Source: Alphaproteobacteria bacterium (lineage in GTDB: Bacteria > Pseudomonadota > Alphaproteobacteria > UBA828). Taken from it: a DNA stretch of 64,000 nt. The translations under genes and the position numbers were made by a program. Where the stretch lies: NCBI GenBank assembly GCA_965221125.1, contig CBDCRW010000005.1:320001-384000 (forward strand), in the 5' to 3' direction. Every line of letters begins with the position of its first letter. Position 1 is the stretch's first letter. The notes beneath the pieces were generated by a model. The model made no database searches. It saw only the letters and a program-made list of their open reading frames with translations, and was not told the origin of the DNA. This document shows positions 10,351 to 21,012 of the stretch, one piece after another.

Positions 10351-10380
10351 AGGGCCCGGAACCGTCCGGCTCCGGGCCCT
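10351..10380. terminator. Stem-loop between convergent purN and phasin
   Basis: AGGGCCCGGA-N10-TCCGGGCCCT perfect 10-bp stem; weak U tract. Confidence 0.5.
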
Positions 10381-10403
10381 TCGTCATGCGTTGAAAGGTG
10401 CCG

Positions 10404-10581
10404 CTAGAGCGCGTCCGATCTTGACGGACGCGCGACAGGCCGCGACAGCGGCCCGCCGCGTATGCGGCGCGCCCGCGCAGGCGCCGGCCGTCGCGCCGGT
10501 AGGCGCGCGGAAGCGCAGAACGGCCGGCTGCCGTGAGCGACAAAGAGTCCAAGCGTTTCCGTGTCAAACGGAAACGCTTTA
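10404..10581 (+). repeat. Structured dispersed repeat, full copy
   Basis: CTAGAGCGCGTCCG...CGGACGCGCG, core as at 3591-3698, then hairpin AAGCGTTTCCG-TGTCAAA-CGGAAACGCTT abutting the phasin TAA stop. Confidence 0.9.
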
Positions 10582-10995
10582 GACGGCGGGCTTGGCGTAG
10601 CGCTCGACCAGATCCTCGGTCCGCGCGCGGATCGGCTCCATCGTCTCGCCGGTGGTCTTGACGGTCATGTCCGCGATGCGGTTCCCGGCAGCCATGGAGC
10701 GCTCGAACGCGCCCTTCGCCTGCACGGTCTGGACGTCGGTGAGCTCGGCCCAGCTGCGCGCGCCCATGATGGCCTCGGCGGCGCCGGCCTGGGCCGCCAT
10801 GGCCTCCTTGGCGAAGTCGAACCAGGCGGCGCCGATGGCGCCGTAGCCCTTCGCCGCGATGGTGGAAGCCTCGACCATGCTGTCGAAGCTCGCCCGGCTC
10901 TCCTCGGCGATGGTCTCGAAAGAGAGGTTGCCGTTCCAGGGGGACTTGGGGCCGTTCGCGGCGGCCTTGCTCGTGGCGTCGGTCTTGGCGGTCAT
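10579..10995 (-). CDS. phaP: Phasin (PHA granule-associated protein)
   Basis: Ala-rich helical protein with ARSWAELTDVQ and C-terminal EPIRAR pattern of Phasin_2; upstream PhaR-like boxes. Confidence 0.8.
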   Translation of the reverse strand: MTAKTDATSKAAANGPKSPWNGNLSFETIAEESRASFDSMVEASTIAAKGYGAIGAAWFDFAKEAMAAQAGAAEAIMGARSWAELTDVQTVQAKGAFERSMAAGNRIADMTVKTTGETMEPIRARTEDLVERYAKPAV

Positions 10996-11061
10996 CGGTT
11001 CATCCTATCGCGTTGCTGTTGTTCTCGGCGATGCGCGTCGCCCCGAGGCGCGTTGCCATAT

Positions 11062-11091
11062 TGCGCTGCAGCATCATGTTGCGCTGCAATA
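11062..11091. promoter_or_regulatory. Tandem PhaR-type operator boxes upstream of phasin
   Basis: TGCGCTGCAGCA (11062-11073) and TGCGCTGCAATA (11080-11091) match the TGC-N3-GCA PhaR motif of alphaproteobacteria. Confidence 0.7.
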
Positions 11092-11193
11092 TACTCGAGT
11101 CGCGCCGACCGTCAAGTACTTGTGGACGTGAAAATTCACCCGACGCAGCCTTTCGTTGCCGCCGCGCCTGGGCTGTGGCAATGTCGCGCCCGC

Positions 11194-11268
11194 GCCGCCG
11201 TAGCTCAGGGGTAGAGCACTCCCTTGGTAAGGGAGGGGTCGGAAGTTCGATTCTTCCCGGCGGCACCA
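11194..11268 (+). tRNA. tRNA-Thr(GGT), island integration site
   Basis: GCCGCCGTAGCTCAGGGGTAGAGCA-CTCCC-TTGGTAA-GGGAG...GTTCGATTC...CGGCGGCACCA. Confidence 0.97.
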
Positions 11269-11433
11269 TTTCATCTCAAGCACTTGGCGGCAATCGGCTA
11301 ACCCCGGAATGCGGCGATAACTGTGCGAACGCACAGAAACGCCCTTCATCCGTCCGCGGAACATCCCCTCCTGAGCAGCTGGAGCTGCCCTTGGCGGCCG
11401 CCCCGGCACCCGTGCTGGGGCATGGTCTGAGAG

Positions 11434-12886
11434 GATCGTGTCCCGAGGAGTGGTGTAAGAGCGTCGCGCTTTACGCGGCATCCGGCGGGTAGGGCCGGGT
11501 TATTCAGGCTGCCACAGCGGACAGCTTGATCGTGGGATTGTCGCTCAGGGGAGCGATCGATTCCAGCGTCATGTACCTCCTTCCGACGGTCCATTCGTCG
11601 TTCTGCTCGAGCAGCACGGCGCCGACGAGGCGGGTGATGGCGTCCTCGTTGGGGAAGATGCCGACGACGTTGGTGCGTCGCTTGATCTCGCCGTTGACGC
11701 GTTCGAGCGGGTTGGTCGAGTGAAGCTTGACCCGGTGCTCCTTGGGGAAGCTCATGTAGGCGAGGACGTCGTGCTGGGCCTCGTCCATGAGGGCCGCCAG
11801 CTTGGAGGCCTTGGGCCTGAGCTGGTCGGCGATCAGGCGCCACTGGGCGGCAGCGGCCTCGGCATCGTCCTGGGCGAAGGCGGTGGCGACGAAGGCGGAG
11901 ACGACGCGCCGGCCCTGCTTGCCGGCATGGGCCAGCAGGTTGCGCATGAAGTGGACGCGGCATCTCTGCCAGGTGGCGCCGAGGATCCGGGTGGTGGCGG
12001 CCTTCAGGCCCTTGTGGTCGTCGGAGATCACCAGCTGCACGCCGCGCAGGCCGCGCCTGGTCAGCGAGCGCAGGAACTCGGTCCAGAAGGTCTCGGCCTC
12101 GGAGGCGCCGATCGCCATGCCGAGGATCTCGCGCCGGCCCTGGTCGTTGACCGCGACGGCCACGGTGACCGCGACCGGGACGATGCGCCCGGCCTCGCGC
12201 ACCTTCACGTAAGTCGCATCCAGCCAGAGATAGGGCCAGTCGCCTTCGAGCGGGCGGTCGAGGAAGCTGCGGATCTTGTCGTCTATCTCCCCGCAAAGGC
12301 GCGAGACCTGGCTCTTCGATATCCCGCTCATGCCCATGGCCTGAACCAGTTCGTCGACCGAGCGGGTCGATACCCCCTGGATGTAGGCCTCCTGGATCAC
12401 CGCCGTGAGCGCCTTCTCCGCCGTCCGTCGGGGCTCCAGGAAGCCGGGGAAGTAGCTCCCCTTCCTGAGCTTCGGAATCTTCAGGTCGACCGTGCCGGCC
12501 CGGGTCTCCCAAGGCCGATCGCGGTAGCCGTTGCGCTGGTTGATCCGCTCCGGCGTCCGCGCGCCATGCTCGGCGCCGGTCAGGCCCTCGACTTCCAGCT
12601 CCATAAGGCGCTGCGCAGAGAAGGCGATCATCTCACGCAGCAGATCGGCGTCAGAGCTCTTCTCCAACAGCGTCCGCAGGGTAAGCTTGTCATCGGTCAT
12701 CGTGGTTCTCCTTAGGCTCGGGTCGATTCGGATTCACCCAAACCCTAAACCGGAACCGCGATGGCCACCCCGCTGTGGATAACCGGCTTGGCGCCACCAG
12801 ACTCGAGGGCGGTCGCGGCGCCAAGCCGGTTACCCACAGCTACCGGGGGTAGCGGGAGCTCCTACACCACGTCTGGGGACACAACC
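11434..12886 (-). mobile_element. IS256-family insertion sequence
   Basis: Imperfect terminal IRs (GATCGTGTCCCGAGGAGTGGTGTA / GGTTGTGTCCCCAGACGTGGTGTA) and 8-bp TSD TCTGAGAG at 11426-11433 and 12887-12894. Confidence 0.95.
11504..12700 (-). CDS. IS256-family transposase
   Basis: [62 protein letters not shown]. Confidence 0.97.
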   Translation of the reverse strand: MTDDKLTLRTLLEKSSDADLLREMIAFSAQRLMELEVEGLTGAEHGARTPERINQRNGYRDRPWETRAGTVDLKIPKLRKGSYFPGFLEPRRTAEKALTAVIQEAYIQGVSTRSVDELVQAMGMSGISKSQVSRLCGEIDDKIRSFLDRPLEGDWPYLWLDATYVKVREAGRIVPVAVTVAVAVNDQGRREILGMAIGASEAETFWTEFLRSLTRRGLRGVQLVISDDHKGLKAATTRILGATWQRCRVHFMRNLLAHAGKQGRRVVSAFVATAFAQDDAEAAAAQWRLIADQLRPKASKLAALMDEAQHDVLAYMSFPKEHRVKLHSTNPLERVNGEIKRRTNVVGIFPNEDAITRLVGAVLLEQNDEWTVGRRYMTLESIAPLSDNPTIKLSAVAA

Positions 12887-13458
12887 TCTGAGAGCCGCTC
12901 ACCCGTTCCCGCTCGTGTCCACAGGGAAGCAACCGGGACGCCCCTATACATCATTCCGCACGACACCCGAGAAGGCGTGGCGCTTCCCTGAGGTCGAGTA
13001 CGGCAACGCCGGATCATCCATCGCAGCGCTGGTGCTGGACTGCGACAGGCCAGCCGAGCTGAGATGCGGCCTGCCTGAGCTACCGGACAAGCGTCATCCC
13101 CTTCGGGTGGGAGCCGCCCACCGTTCGACAGACAGGCGTGGGCCGCAACGTGGCCCTATTCGAGGCCGGCATGAGGTGGGCTGGTCGGCGGACCAACGAG
13201 CACTTGGGCGTGCTGCCTGCCCTGCTCGCCCTCAACCAGGACTTCCATCACCCCCTCCCGCTCTCTGAGGTGCAGGCGACGTCCCGAGCGCCGTCTGTAG
13301 CGAGCGGTGGGCGACAAAGATAATGCCGCGTTCGCCGACATTTATGCCGACACGGCATTACCCAAGGCTGCCGTGGCCCGCGGCGGCCCGCGCTTGCCAT
13401 CGCCCCCGCGCCGTGAAAGTTTCGTCGCCGCGCGGGGAGCAACGGGACGGCGGATGAA

Positions 13459-14127
13459 TTGCAGAGCGTCGGACTGGTGATATTCGACTGCGACGGGGTC
13501 ATCGCCGACAGCGAGGTTCTCAGCGCGCGTGTCCTGGTCCGGGAGCTTGTGGCCCACGACATTCGCATCGATGCCGAGTACGTCTATCGCAACTTCGTCG
13601 GCAAGAGCTTCCCCGTGGTGGCCGACATCATCGCCGAGCGCTTCGAGGCGGCGCTGCCCGACAGCTTCGTGAGCGATTACCGGGCGGCGCTGCGCGAGGC
13701 CTTCGCGGAATGCCTGGATACCACGCCCGGATTCCGCGCCATGCTGGGTCAACTGACCTGCCCCGCCTGCGTCGCCACCAGCTCAAGCGCGCCGCGCGCG
13801 GCCAACACGCTGGAGGTCCTGGGACTGGCCGAGCGCTTCGGCGCCGATGTCTTCACGGCCTCCCAGGTCGCGCAAGGCAAGCCCGCGCCCGATCTCTTCC
13901 TGTTCGCCGCCGGCGCGATGTCGACACCGCCCGCGCGCTGCCTGGTGATCGAGGACAGCGTCGCCGGCATCGAGGCGGGGCTCGCCGCCGGCATGATGGT
14001 CTGGCGCTACGTCGGCGCATCGCACATCGCCGACCGCGCGCGGGCGCACGCCGAGACGCCTGCGGGCGTCACGGTCTTTGACAACTGGGACCAGTTTTAC
14101 GTACTGGCGCCCTGCTTGAGGGCGTGA
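13459..14127 (+). CDS. HAD-family phosphatase
   Basis: IFDCDGVIADSE (DxD), GKPAPDLF, IEDSVAG. Confidence 0.9.
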   Translation: MQSVGLVIFDCDGVIADSEVLSARVLVRELVAHDIRIDAEYVYRNFVGKSFPVVADIIAERFEAALPDSFVSDYRAALREAFAECLDTTPGFRAMLGQLTCPACVATSSSAPRAANTLEVLGLAERFGADVFTASQVAQGKPAPDLFLFAAGAMSTPPARCLVIEDSVAGIEAGLAAGMMVWRYVGASHIADRARAHAETPAGVTVFDNWDQFYVLAPCLRA

Positions 14128-14137
14128 CAGGGCGAGC

Positions 14138-15091
14138 ATGGCCAGGAGCAACGGCGGCAGCCGACTGGACGACGCGGCCCGGGCCGGGTGGCTCTACTAC
14201 GTCGCGGGCAACACGCAGGACGAGATTGCCCAGAAGCTCGGCGTCTCGCGGCAGTCAGCGCAGAGGCTCGTGTCGCTCGCGGTCAGCGAGAAGCTGATCA
14301 AGTTCCGGCTGGATCACCCGATCGCGCGCTGCATGGAGCTTTCCGAGCGGCTGAGCGAGCGCTTCGGCCTGCAGTCATGCGAGATCGTGCCTTCCGATCC
14401 GGGCGCGCCCGAGTCGATCGCTGGCGTCGCCATCGCCGGCGCCGCCGAGATACAGAAGCACCTCGATACGAAGACGCCCAGGGTTGTCGCGGTGGGGACG
14501 GGTCGCGTGCTGCGCGCCTGCGTCGAGCAGCTGCCGGCGATGGACTGCCCGCAGCATCACCTCGTCTCGCTGGTCGGCAACACGATGCCCGACGGGTCCG
14601 CCACCGCTTACAACGTGGTGGTCCGCATGGCCGAGCGCGTGGGCGGGCGGCACAACCCGATGCCGCTCCCCGTTCTGGTGCGCAAGCCGGCCGAGTTGCC
14701 GATCCTGCACAGCCAGGAGCCGGTCGCGAAGACGCTGGGGCTCTGCGCCGACGCTCACGCGATCTTCGTGGGCATCGGCCATATCGACGGCTCGGCGCCG
14801 CTCACCGTGGATGGCTTCATCACCCATGAGGAAAGCCGGGCGCTGATCCGCATGGGGGCGGTGGGCGAGATCGTCGGCTGGGTCTTCGATTCCGGCGGCG
14901 CGCTGATCGAGGGGCTGACGAACGACCGGGTCTCGAGCGCCCCGCTGGTGCCCGCCAACCCGCGCCCGGTGGTGGGACTCGCCGTCGGCGAGGTCAAGGT
15001 CGCCGCGATACTGGGGGCGCTGCGCGGCCGGCTGATCAACGCGCTGGTGACCGACGAAGCCACGGCCGAGGCCGTTCTGGCGCGAGCCTGA
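14138..15091 (+). CDS. SorC/DeoR-family sugar-binding transcriptional regulator (SmoC-like)
   Basis: AARAGWLYYVAGNTQDEIAQKLGVSRQSAQRL HTH; C-terminal LVTDEATA. Confidence 0.92.
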   Translation: MARSNGGSRLDDAARAGWLYYVAGNTQDEIAQKLGVSRQSAQRLVSLAVSEKLIKFRLDHPIARCMELSERLSERFGLQSCEIVPSDPGAPESIAGVAIAGAAEIQKHLDTKTPRVVAVGTGRVLRACVEQLPAMDCPQHHLVSLVGNTMPDGSATAYNVVVRMAERVGGRHNPMPLPVLVRKPAELPILHSQEPVAKTLGLCADAHAIFVGIGHIDGSAPLTVDGFITHEESRALIRMGAVGEIVGWVFDSGGALIEGLTNDRVSSAPLVPANPRPVVGLAVGEVKVAAILGALRGRLINALVTDEATAEAVLARA

Positions 15092-15154
15092 ATACCCCAA
15101 CGCTCTGGTATGACGTGACGTTCGTGCATCGCCGCCGGCGGCGCCCATTCCACA

Positions 15155-15209
15155 TTGACTCTTGGAATCGCTTCAACGAGTATTTGCCCGTCTCAATAGC
15201 AATTGCTCA
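15155..15209 (+). promoter_or_regulatory. Putative promoter/operator of the polyol ABC operon
   Basis: TTGACT at 15155; imperfect inverted repeat GAGTATTTGCCC...AGCAATTGCTCA (15178-15209) in an AT-richer spacer. Confidence 0.4.
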
Positions 15210-15231
15210 CCCCGAGCATGGAGAGAAAGCG

Positions 15232-16545
15232 ATGAAGACCAGACTTGGTACCCTAATGGGCGCCGTTGCTGCCACGTGCCTTCTGGCCACGGCAGCCGCC
15301 GCCGAGACGCTGACGATCGCCACCGTCAACAATGGCGACATGATCCGCATGCAGGGTCTCACCGACGACTTTACCGCCAACAACCCCGGCATCGAACTGG
15401 AGTGGGTGACGCTGGAGGAGAACATCCTGCGCCAGCGCGTGACCACCGACATCGCCACCAAGGGCGGCCAGTACGACATCATGACCATCGGCACCTACGA
15501 GGTTCCGATCTGGGGCAAGCAGGGTTGGCTGGTCGGCCTGAACGACCTGCCGGAGAGCTACGACATCGACGACCTGCTGCCGGCGATCCGCGGCGGCCTC
15601 ACCGTTGACGGCGAGCTCTATGCCGCGCCCTTCTACGGCGAGAGCTCGATGGTGATGTATCGCACCGACCTGATGGAGAAGGCCGGGCTTGAGATGCCGG
15701 AGGCCCCCACCTGGGACTTCATCGCCCAGGCTGCCCGCGCCATGACCGACAAGGACAACGAGATCTACGGCGTCTGCCTGCGCGGCAAGGCCGGCTGGGG
15801 CGAGAACGCGGCCTTCATCACGGCCACGTCCAACAGCTTCGGCGCGCGCTGGTTCGACGAGAACTGGAACCCGCAGTTCGACAGCCAGGCGTGGTCGGAC
15901 ACGCTGACCTTCTACCTCGACCTGATGGCCGACGCGGGCCCTCCGGGCGCGTCGTCCAACGGGTTCAACGAGAACCTCGCGCTGTTCCAGACCGGCAAGT
16001 GCGGCATGTGGATCGACGCCACCGTGGCTGCGTCCTTCGTGACCAATCCGAATGACTCGACAGTGCACGACAAGGTCGGCTTCGCGCTCGCTCCCGATAA
16101 CGGGCTCGGCAAGCGCAGCAACTGGCTCTGGGCCTGGTCGCTGGCGATCCCGGCGGGTTCCGAGAAGGTCGAGGCCGCGAAGAAGTTCATCGCCTGGGCC
16201 ACCTCGAAGGAGTACCTCGCGCTGGTCGCCTCGAAGGAGGGCTGGGCGAACGTGCCGCCGGGCACCCGCACCTCGCTCTACGAGAACCCGGAGTACGCCA
16301 AGGTTCCGTTCGCCAAGATGACGCTGGACAGCATCAACTCGGCCGATCCGACGAACCCGGCGGTCGATCCGGTGCCGTACGTCGGCGTGCAGTTCGTCGC
16401 GATTCCCGAGTTCCAGGGCATCGCGACGGCCGTGGGCCAGCAGTTCTCGGCCGCGCTCGCCGGCACGGTGAGCGCCGAGGAGGCGCTGGCGAACGCGCAG
16501 GCGCTGACCGTTCGTGAAATGACGAAGGCGGGCTACATCAACTAG
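15232..16545 (+). CDS. smoE: Polyol (sorbitol/mannitol) ABC transporter substrate-binding protein
   Basis: Signal peptide then ETLTIATVNNGDMIRMQ, LEENILRQRVTTDIAT; GGAGA RBS before ATG 15232. Confidence 0.93.
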   Translation: MKTRLGTLMGAVAATCLLATAAAAETLTIATVNNGDMIRMQGLTDDFTANNPGIELEWVTLEENILRQRVTTDIATKGGQYDIMTIGTYEVPIWGKQGWLVGLNDLPESYDIDDLLPAIRGGLTVDGELYAAPFYGESSMVMYRTDLMEKAGLEMPEAPTWDFIAQAARAMTDKDNEIYGVCLRGKAGWGENAAFITATSNSFGARWFDENWNPQFDSQAWSDTLTFYLDLMADAGPPGASSNGFNENLALFQTGKCGMWIDATVAASFVTNPNDSTVHDKVGFALAPDNGLGKRSNWLWAWSLAIPAGSEKVEAAKKFIAWATSKEYLALVASKEGWANVPPGTRTSLYENPEYAKVPFAKMTLDSINSADPTNPAVDPVPYVGVQFVAIPEFQGIATAVGQQFSAALAGTVSAEEALANAQALTVREMTKAGYIN

Positions 16546-16560
16546 CCTGGATACCCGCAT

Positions 16561-16594
16561 TCCGGTGGGGGCCGGCTGACCGGCCCCCATCGGA
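16561..16594 (+). other. Intercistronic stem-loop after smoE
   Basis: TCCGGTGGGGGCCGG-CTGA-CCGGCCCCCATCGGA. Confidence 0.6.
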
Positions 16595-16620
16595 CCCGAC
16601 GCAAGCGAGAGATCCGTTCC

Positions 16621-17493
16621 ATGCCGACGCAACACTCCCGAGTGAGAGCGCGGCTGATGATCTCTCCGGCGGTCCTGCTGCTGCTGGGCTGGATGCTCAT
16701 TCCGCTCGGCCTCACGGTCTATTTCTCGCTGCTCCGCTACAACCTGCTCATGCCGGGCATGGAGCAGTGGACCGGCGTGGACAACTACCGCTACTTCCTC
16801 ACCGACCCCGCCTTTTACGACGCGCTGCGGAACACCCTGGTGCTCGTCGGCGGCGTGCTCGCGATCACCGTCATCGGCGGCGTGCTGCTGGCGCTGCTGC
16901 TCGATCAGCCCTTCTGGGGGCGCGGGATCGTCCGGGTCCTGGTGATCGCGCCCTTCTTCATCATGCCGACCGTCTCGGCCCTGGTGTGGAAGAACATGTT
17001 CATGAACCCGGTCTCGGGCCTGTTCGCCCATGCCGCCAAGGGGCTCGGGCTGGAGCCCTTCGATTTCCTGGCGCATGCGCCGCTTTTCTCGATCATCCTG
17101 ATGGTGAGCTGGCAGTGGCTGCCGTTCGCCACCCTGATCCTGCTGACCGCGCTGCAGTCGCTCGACAGCGAGCAGCTCGAAGCCTCGGAGATGGACGGGG
17201 CGAACTACTGGAACCGCTTCCTCTTCATCGTGCTGCCGCATCTCGCGCGCGCGATCACGGTGGTGATCCTGATCCAGACGATCTTCCTGCTCTCCATCTT
17301 CGCCGAGATCCTGGTGACCACGACCGGCGGCCCCGGCACGGCGACGACCAACCTGACCTTCCTGATCTATGCCCAGTCGCTCCTCCACTTCGACGTGGGC
17401 GGCGGCGCGGCCGGCGGAATCATCGCCATCGTCCTCGCCAACATCGTCGCGATCTTCCTGATGCGGATGATCGGCAAGAACCTGGACGCGTAA
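16621..17493 (+). CDS. smoF: Polyol ABC transporter permease
   Basis: Multiple TM segments, EAA-like loop EQLEASEMDGA. Confidence 0.9.
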   Translation: MPTQHSRVRARLMISPAVLLLLGWMLIPLGLTVYFSLLRYNLLMPGMEQWTGVDNYRYFLTDPAFYDALRNTLVLVGGVLAITVIGGVLLALLLDQPFWGRGIVRVLVIAPFFIMPTVSALVWKNMFMNPVSGLFAHAAKGLGLEPFDFLAHAPLFSIILMVSWQWLPFATLILLTALQSLDSEQLEASEMDGANYWNRFLFIVLPHLARAITVVILIQTIFLLSIFAEILVTTTGGPGTATTNLTFLIYAQSLLHFDVGGGAAGGIIAIVLANIVAIFLMRMIGKNLDA

Positions 17494-17505
17494 GGGGATC
17501 GCGGC

Positions 17506-18336
17506 ATGGCGCGCAACGTCTCACCCTCCCGCAAGGCCGCGACGACGGCGCTCGCCTGGATCATCGGGCTCGCGATCTTCTTCCCGATCCTGTGGACGAT
17601 CCTGACCAGCTTCAAGACCGAGGCCGAGGCCATCGCCTCGCCGCCGAGCTTCATCCTGTTCGACTGGACGCTGGAGAACTTCGCCATCGTTCAGGAGCGC
17701 TCGGACTATTTCCGCCACTTCCTGAACTCGGTGATCATCTCGGTCGGCTCGACGGTGCTCGGCCTGATCATCGCGATCCCGGCGGCCTGGTCGATGGCCT
17801 TCGTGCCGACGAAGCGCACCAAGCACGTCCTGATGTGGATGCTGTCGACCAAGATGCTGCCGCCGGTCGGCGTCCTGGTCCCGATCTACCTGATCTTCCG
17901 CGATGCCGGCCTGCTCGACACCCAGGCGGGGCTGGTGATCGTGCTCACCCTCATCAACCTGCCGATCATCATCTGGATGCTCTACACCTACTTCCGGGAG
18001 GTCCCCGTCGAGATCCTGGAAGCCGCACGGATGGACGGGGCCACGCTGCGCTCGGAAATCGTCTACGTGCTCACGCCGATGGCCGTGCCCGGCATCGCGT
18101 CGACCCTGCTGCTCAACATCATTCTCGCCTGGAACGAGGCGTTCTGGACGCTCAACCTGACGGCGGCCAAGGCGGCCCCGCTCACGGCCTTCATCGCCGC
18201 CTACTCGAGCCCCGAGGGCCTGTTCTACGCCAAGCTGAGCGCCGCCAGCACGCTCGCCATCGCGCCCATCCTGATCATGGGCTGGTTCAGCCAGAGGCAG
18301 CTCGTGCGCGGGCTCACCTTCGGCGCGGTGAAATAG
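17506..18336 (+). CDS. smoG: Polyol ABC transporter permease
   Basis: [14 protein letters not shown] motif; C-terminal [12 protein letters not shown]. Confidence 0.9.
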   Translation: MARNVSPSRKAATTALAWIIGLAIFFPILWTILTSFKTEAEAIASPPSFILFDWTLENFAIVQERSDYFRHFLNSVIISVGSTVLGLIIAIPAAWSMAFVPTKRTKHVLMWMLSTKMLPPVGVLVPIYLIFRDAGLLDTQAGLVIVLTLINLPIIIWMLYTYFREVPVEILEAARMDGATLRSEIVYVLTPMAVPGIASTLLLNIILAWNEAFWTLNLTAAKAAPLTAFIAAYSSPEGLFYAKLSAASTLAIAPILIMGWFSQRQLVRGLTFGAVK

Positions 18337-18346
18337 GAGGCCGGCC

Positions 18347-19351
18347 ATGGGCCAGATACGACTGAGCGAAGTCTCCAAGAGCTTTGGCGACGTGGAGGTG
18401 ATCCGGCCGCTGGACCTGGAGATCGCCGACGGCGAATTCGTGGTCTTCGTGGGCCCGTCCGGCTGCGGCAAGTCCACCCTCCTGCGCCTGATCGCCGGGC
18501 TTGAGGACGTCACCGCCGGCCGCATCGAGATCGACGGGGCCGACGCCACCCAGCTCCCCCCCGCCAAGCGCCGACTGGCGATGGTGTTCCAGTCCTACGC
18601 GCTCTATCCGCACATGTCGGTGCGCAAGAACATCGCCTTTCCGCTCCGCATGGCCGGGCTCGGCAAGGACGAGCAGATGAGGAAGGTCGAGGAGGCGGCA
18701 AGGGTTCTCAACCTGACCGAGTACCTCGACCGCCGCCCCCGTCAGCTCTCCGGCGGGCAGCGCCAGCGGGTCGCCATCGGCCGGGCCATCGTGCGCGAGC
18801 CCACCGCGTTCCTCTTCGACGAGCCGCTCTCCAATCTCGACGCGGCGCTCCGCGTCAACATGCGGCTCGAGATCTCCGAGCTGCACCAGAACCTGGCCAC
18901 CACCATGGTCTACGTCACCCACGACCAGGTCGAGGCGATGACCATGGCCGAGAAGATCGTCGTGCTGCAGGAGGGCGTGATCGAGCAGGTGGGGAGCCCG
19001 CTGGAGCTGTACAGCGCGCCCCGTAACAGGTTCGTGGCGGGCTTCATCGGCTCGCCCACGATGAACTTCCTGAACGGCGCGGAGGCGGCACGGCACGGCG
19101 CGCACAGCATCGGCATCCGCCCGGAGCACCTGGCGATCTCCGCCAGCGAAGGCGCCTGGCAGGGCACGGTCGGCGTCGCCGAGCACCTGGGATCCGACAC
19201 GTACCTCTACGTCCATCTCGCGGAGGGCCGGGGAACGCTGACCGTCCGCGCCGGCGGCGAGTTCGGCGCGCACCACGGCGATACCGTCCACGTGACCCCC
19301 GATCCGGCCAAGATCCACCGCTTCGACGCCGCAGGCCTGCGCATCGAATGA
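18347..19351 (+). CDS. smoK: Polyol ABC transporter ATPase (MalK-like)
   Basis: [33 protein letters not shown]. Confidence 0.93.
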   Translation: MGQIRLSEVSKSFGDVEVIRPLDLEIADGEFVVFVGPSGCGKSTLLRLIAGLEDVTAGRIEIDGADATQLPPAKRRLAMVFQSYALYPHMSVRKNIAFPLRMAGLGKDEQMRKVEEAARVLNLTEYLDRRPRQLSGGQRQRVAIGRAIVREPTAFLFDEPLSNLDAALRVNMRLEISELHQNLATTMVYVTHDQVEAMTMAEKIVVLQEGVIEQVGSPLELYSAPRNRFVAGFIGSPTMNFLNGAEAARHGAHSIGIRPEHLAISASEGAWQGTVGVAEHLGSDTYLYVHLAEGRGTLTVRAGGEFGAHHGDTVHVTPDPAKIHRFDAAGLRIE

Positions 19352-19469
19352 CGGGCCGGATCGGACATGCGGCACCGCTCGCGCCGCAGGGCCTGAGCGG
19401 AGCGATCCCTCGCTTCTCTTCGTGCGCGGCGTGCCGCGTCACCCGCATCCAGCGGCACGGACAACAAGA

Positions 19470-20957
19470 ATGAACGGAGCGGTCAAGCCTGTGAAACTTT
19501 CCCTCGCCAATCTCGACCGCCTGCCGGATGGCGTCGCCGGCCCGTGCTACGAGCGGTCCTCGCTCAGCCCCGGCATCCTGCACATCGGCGTCGGCAACTT
19601 CCATCGCTCCCACCAGATGGTCTACCTGGACAGGCTCTTCGCGCAGGGCCGCGACCGCGACTGGGCGGTCGTCGGCGCCGGGATCAAGTCCCACGACGCC
19701 GAGCAGCGCCGCCGGCTCGCGGCGCAGGACTGGCTGACGACGGTGGTCGACCTCAGCGCCGACGGGTCCTCGGCGCGGGTCGTGGGCTCGATGGTCGATT
19801 TCTGCGAGGTCCGCGCCGAGGCGATCATCGCCCGCCTTGCCGACCCGGCGATCCGCATCGTCTCGCTCACGATCACCGAGGGCGGGTACTACATCGATGC
19901 GACGACCGGCGGCTTCGACGCGGACCATCCGGAAATCCGCCACGATACCGCGCATCCCGGCGATCCCCGGACCGTGTTCGGCGTGCTGCTCGCAGCGCTC
20001 GGGCAGCGCCGCGCGCAGGGACTCGCGCCGTTCACCGTGCTCTCCTGCGACAACGTGCCGCACAACGGCGACGTCACCCGCCGGACCGTGCTGGGCCTTG
20101 CGGCGCTGGTCTCGCAGGACCAGCACGACTGGATCGCCGACGCCGTCGCCTTTCCCAACGCGATGGTCGACTGCATCACGCCGGCCACGTCGGAGCGCGA
20201 GCGCGAGCTGGTGGCGCAGCGCTTCGGCCTGGACGATGCCTCGCCCGTCGTCTGCGAGCCCTTCAGACAGTGGGTGATCGAGGACGACTTTCCTCAAGGG
20301 CGCCCGGCGCTGGAGCACGTCGGCGTGCAGTTCGTGGACGACGTCACCCCCTATGAGACCATGAAGCTCCGCATCCTCAACGCGAGCCACATGGCGATCG
20401 CCTATCCCTCGGCCCTGCTTGGCTACGAGGCCGTTCACGACGCCATGGACGACGCCGACATCGCGCGCTGGATGCTGCAGCTGATGCGCCGCGAGGTCAT
20501 TCCCGTGCTCACGCCGATTCCCGGCCTCGATTTCGACGACTACCTGACCACCTGCGCCCAGCGCTTCTCGAACCCCGCGCTCGGTGACACCATCGCGCGG
20601 CTCTGCCAGGATGCCTCCAACCGGCTGCCGAAATTCGTGCTGCCCACGGTCTCGGACGCGCTTGCGCGCGGGGCGCCAATCGACGGTCTGGCGCTGGAGA
20701 TCGCGTTCTGGAGCCGCATGTGCGCCGCCGCCGCCGACTCAGGCATCGCGCTCGACGACATGAGGAGCGATCAGTTGACCGCCGCAGCGCGGGCCGCACG
20801 GCGCGATCCCACGGCCTTCCTCGGTCTCTCCGAGGTTTTTGGCGACCTCGGCCGGAGCAGAGCGCTGGCGGAGGCCTTCGCACGGCAGCTCGAAGAGGTA
20901 TCGTCCAGGGGGCCGCGCGAGGCCATGCGGCGCTTCTTCGACGGCGTGGAGGCCTGA
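19470..20957 (+). CDS. mtlK: Mannitol 2-dehydrogenase family protein
   Basis: HIGVGNFHRSHQ, IVSLTITEGGY, SCDNV, FPNAMVDCITP, KLRILNASH; start may be GTG 19491. Confidence 0.92.
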   Translation: MNGAVKPVKLSLANLDRLPDGVAGPCYERSSLSPGILHIGVGNFHRSHQMVYLDRLFAQGRDRDWAVVGAGIKSHDAEQRRRLAAQDWLTTVVDLSADGSSARVVGSMVDFCEVRAEAIIARLADPAIRIVSLTITEGGYYIDATTGGFDADHPEIRHDTAHPGDPRTVFGVLLAALGQRRAQGLAPFTVLSCDNVPHNGDVTRRTVLGLAALVSQDQHDWIADAVAFPNAMVDCITPATSERERELVAQRFGLDDASPVVCEPFRQWVIEDDFPQGRPALEHVGVQFVDDVTPYETMKLRILNASHMAIAYPSALLGYEAVHDAMDDADIARWMLQLMRREVIPVLTPIPGLDFDDYLTTCAQRFSNPALGDTIARLCQDASNRLPKFVLPTVSDALARGAPIDGLALEIAFWSRMCAAAADSGIALDDMRSDQLTAAARAARRDPTAFLGLSEVFGDLGRSRALAEAFARQLEEVSSRGPREAMRRFFDGVEA

Positions 20958-20961
20958 TCCG

Positions 20962-21012
20962 ATGCTGCTTTGCTGCGGCGAAGCCCTGATCGACATGATC
21001 CCGATGCCAACC
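20962..21012 (+). pseudogene. 5' stub of a PfkB-family fructokinase
   Basis: MLLCCGEALIDMIP immediately after mtlK matches the PfkB N-terminus; no recognisable PfkB sequence follows. Confidence 0.65.

Larger units (their letters stand above)
11340..13323 (+). pseudogene. Replication initiator (ColE2-type Replicase/PriCT-1-like) split by IS256 and internally deleted
   Basis: Removing IS256 plus one TSD gives in-frame QLELPLAAAPAPVLGHGLR/AAHPFPLVSTGK...AWRFPEVEYGNAGSSIAALVLDCDRP; a second frame gives GRNVALFEAGMRWAG...NQDFHHPLPLSEVQAT; 5' limit approximate. Confidence 0.6.
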
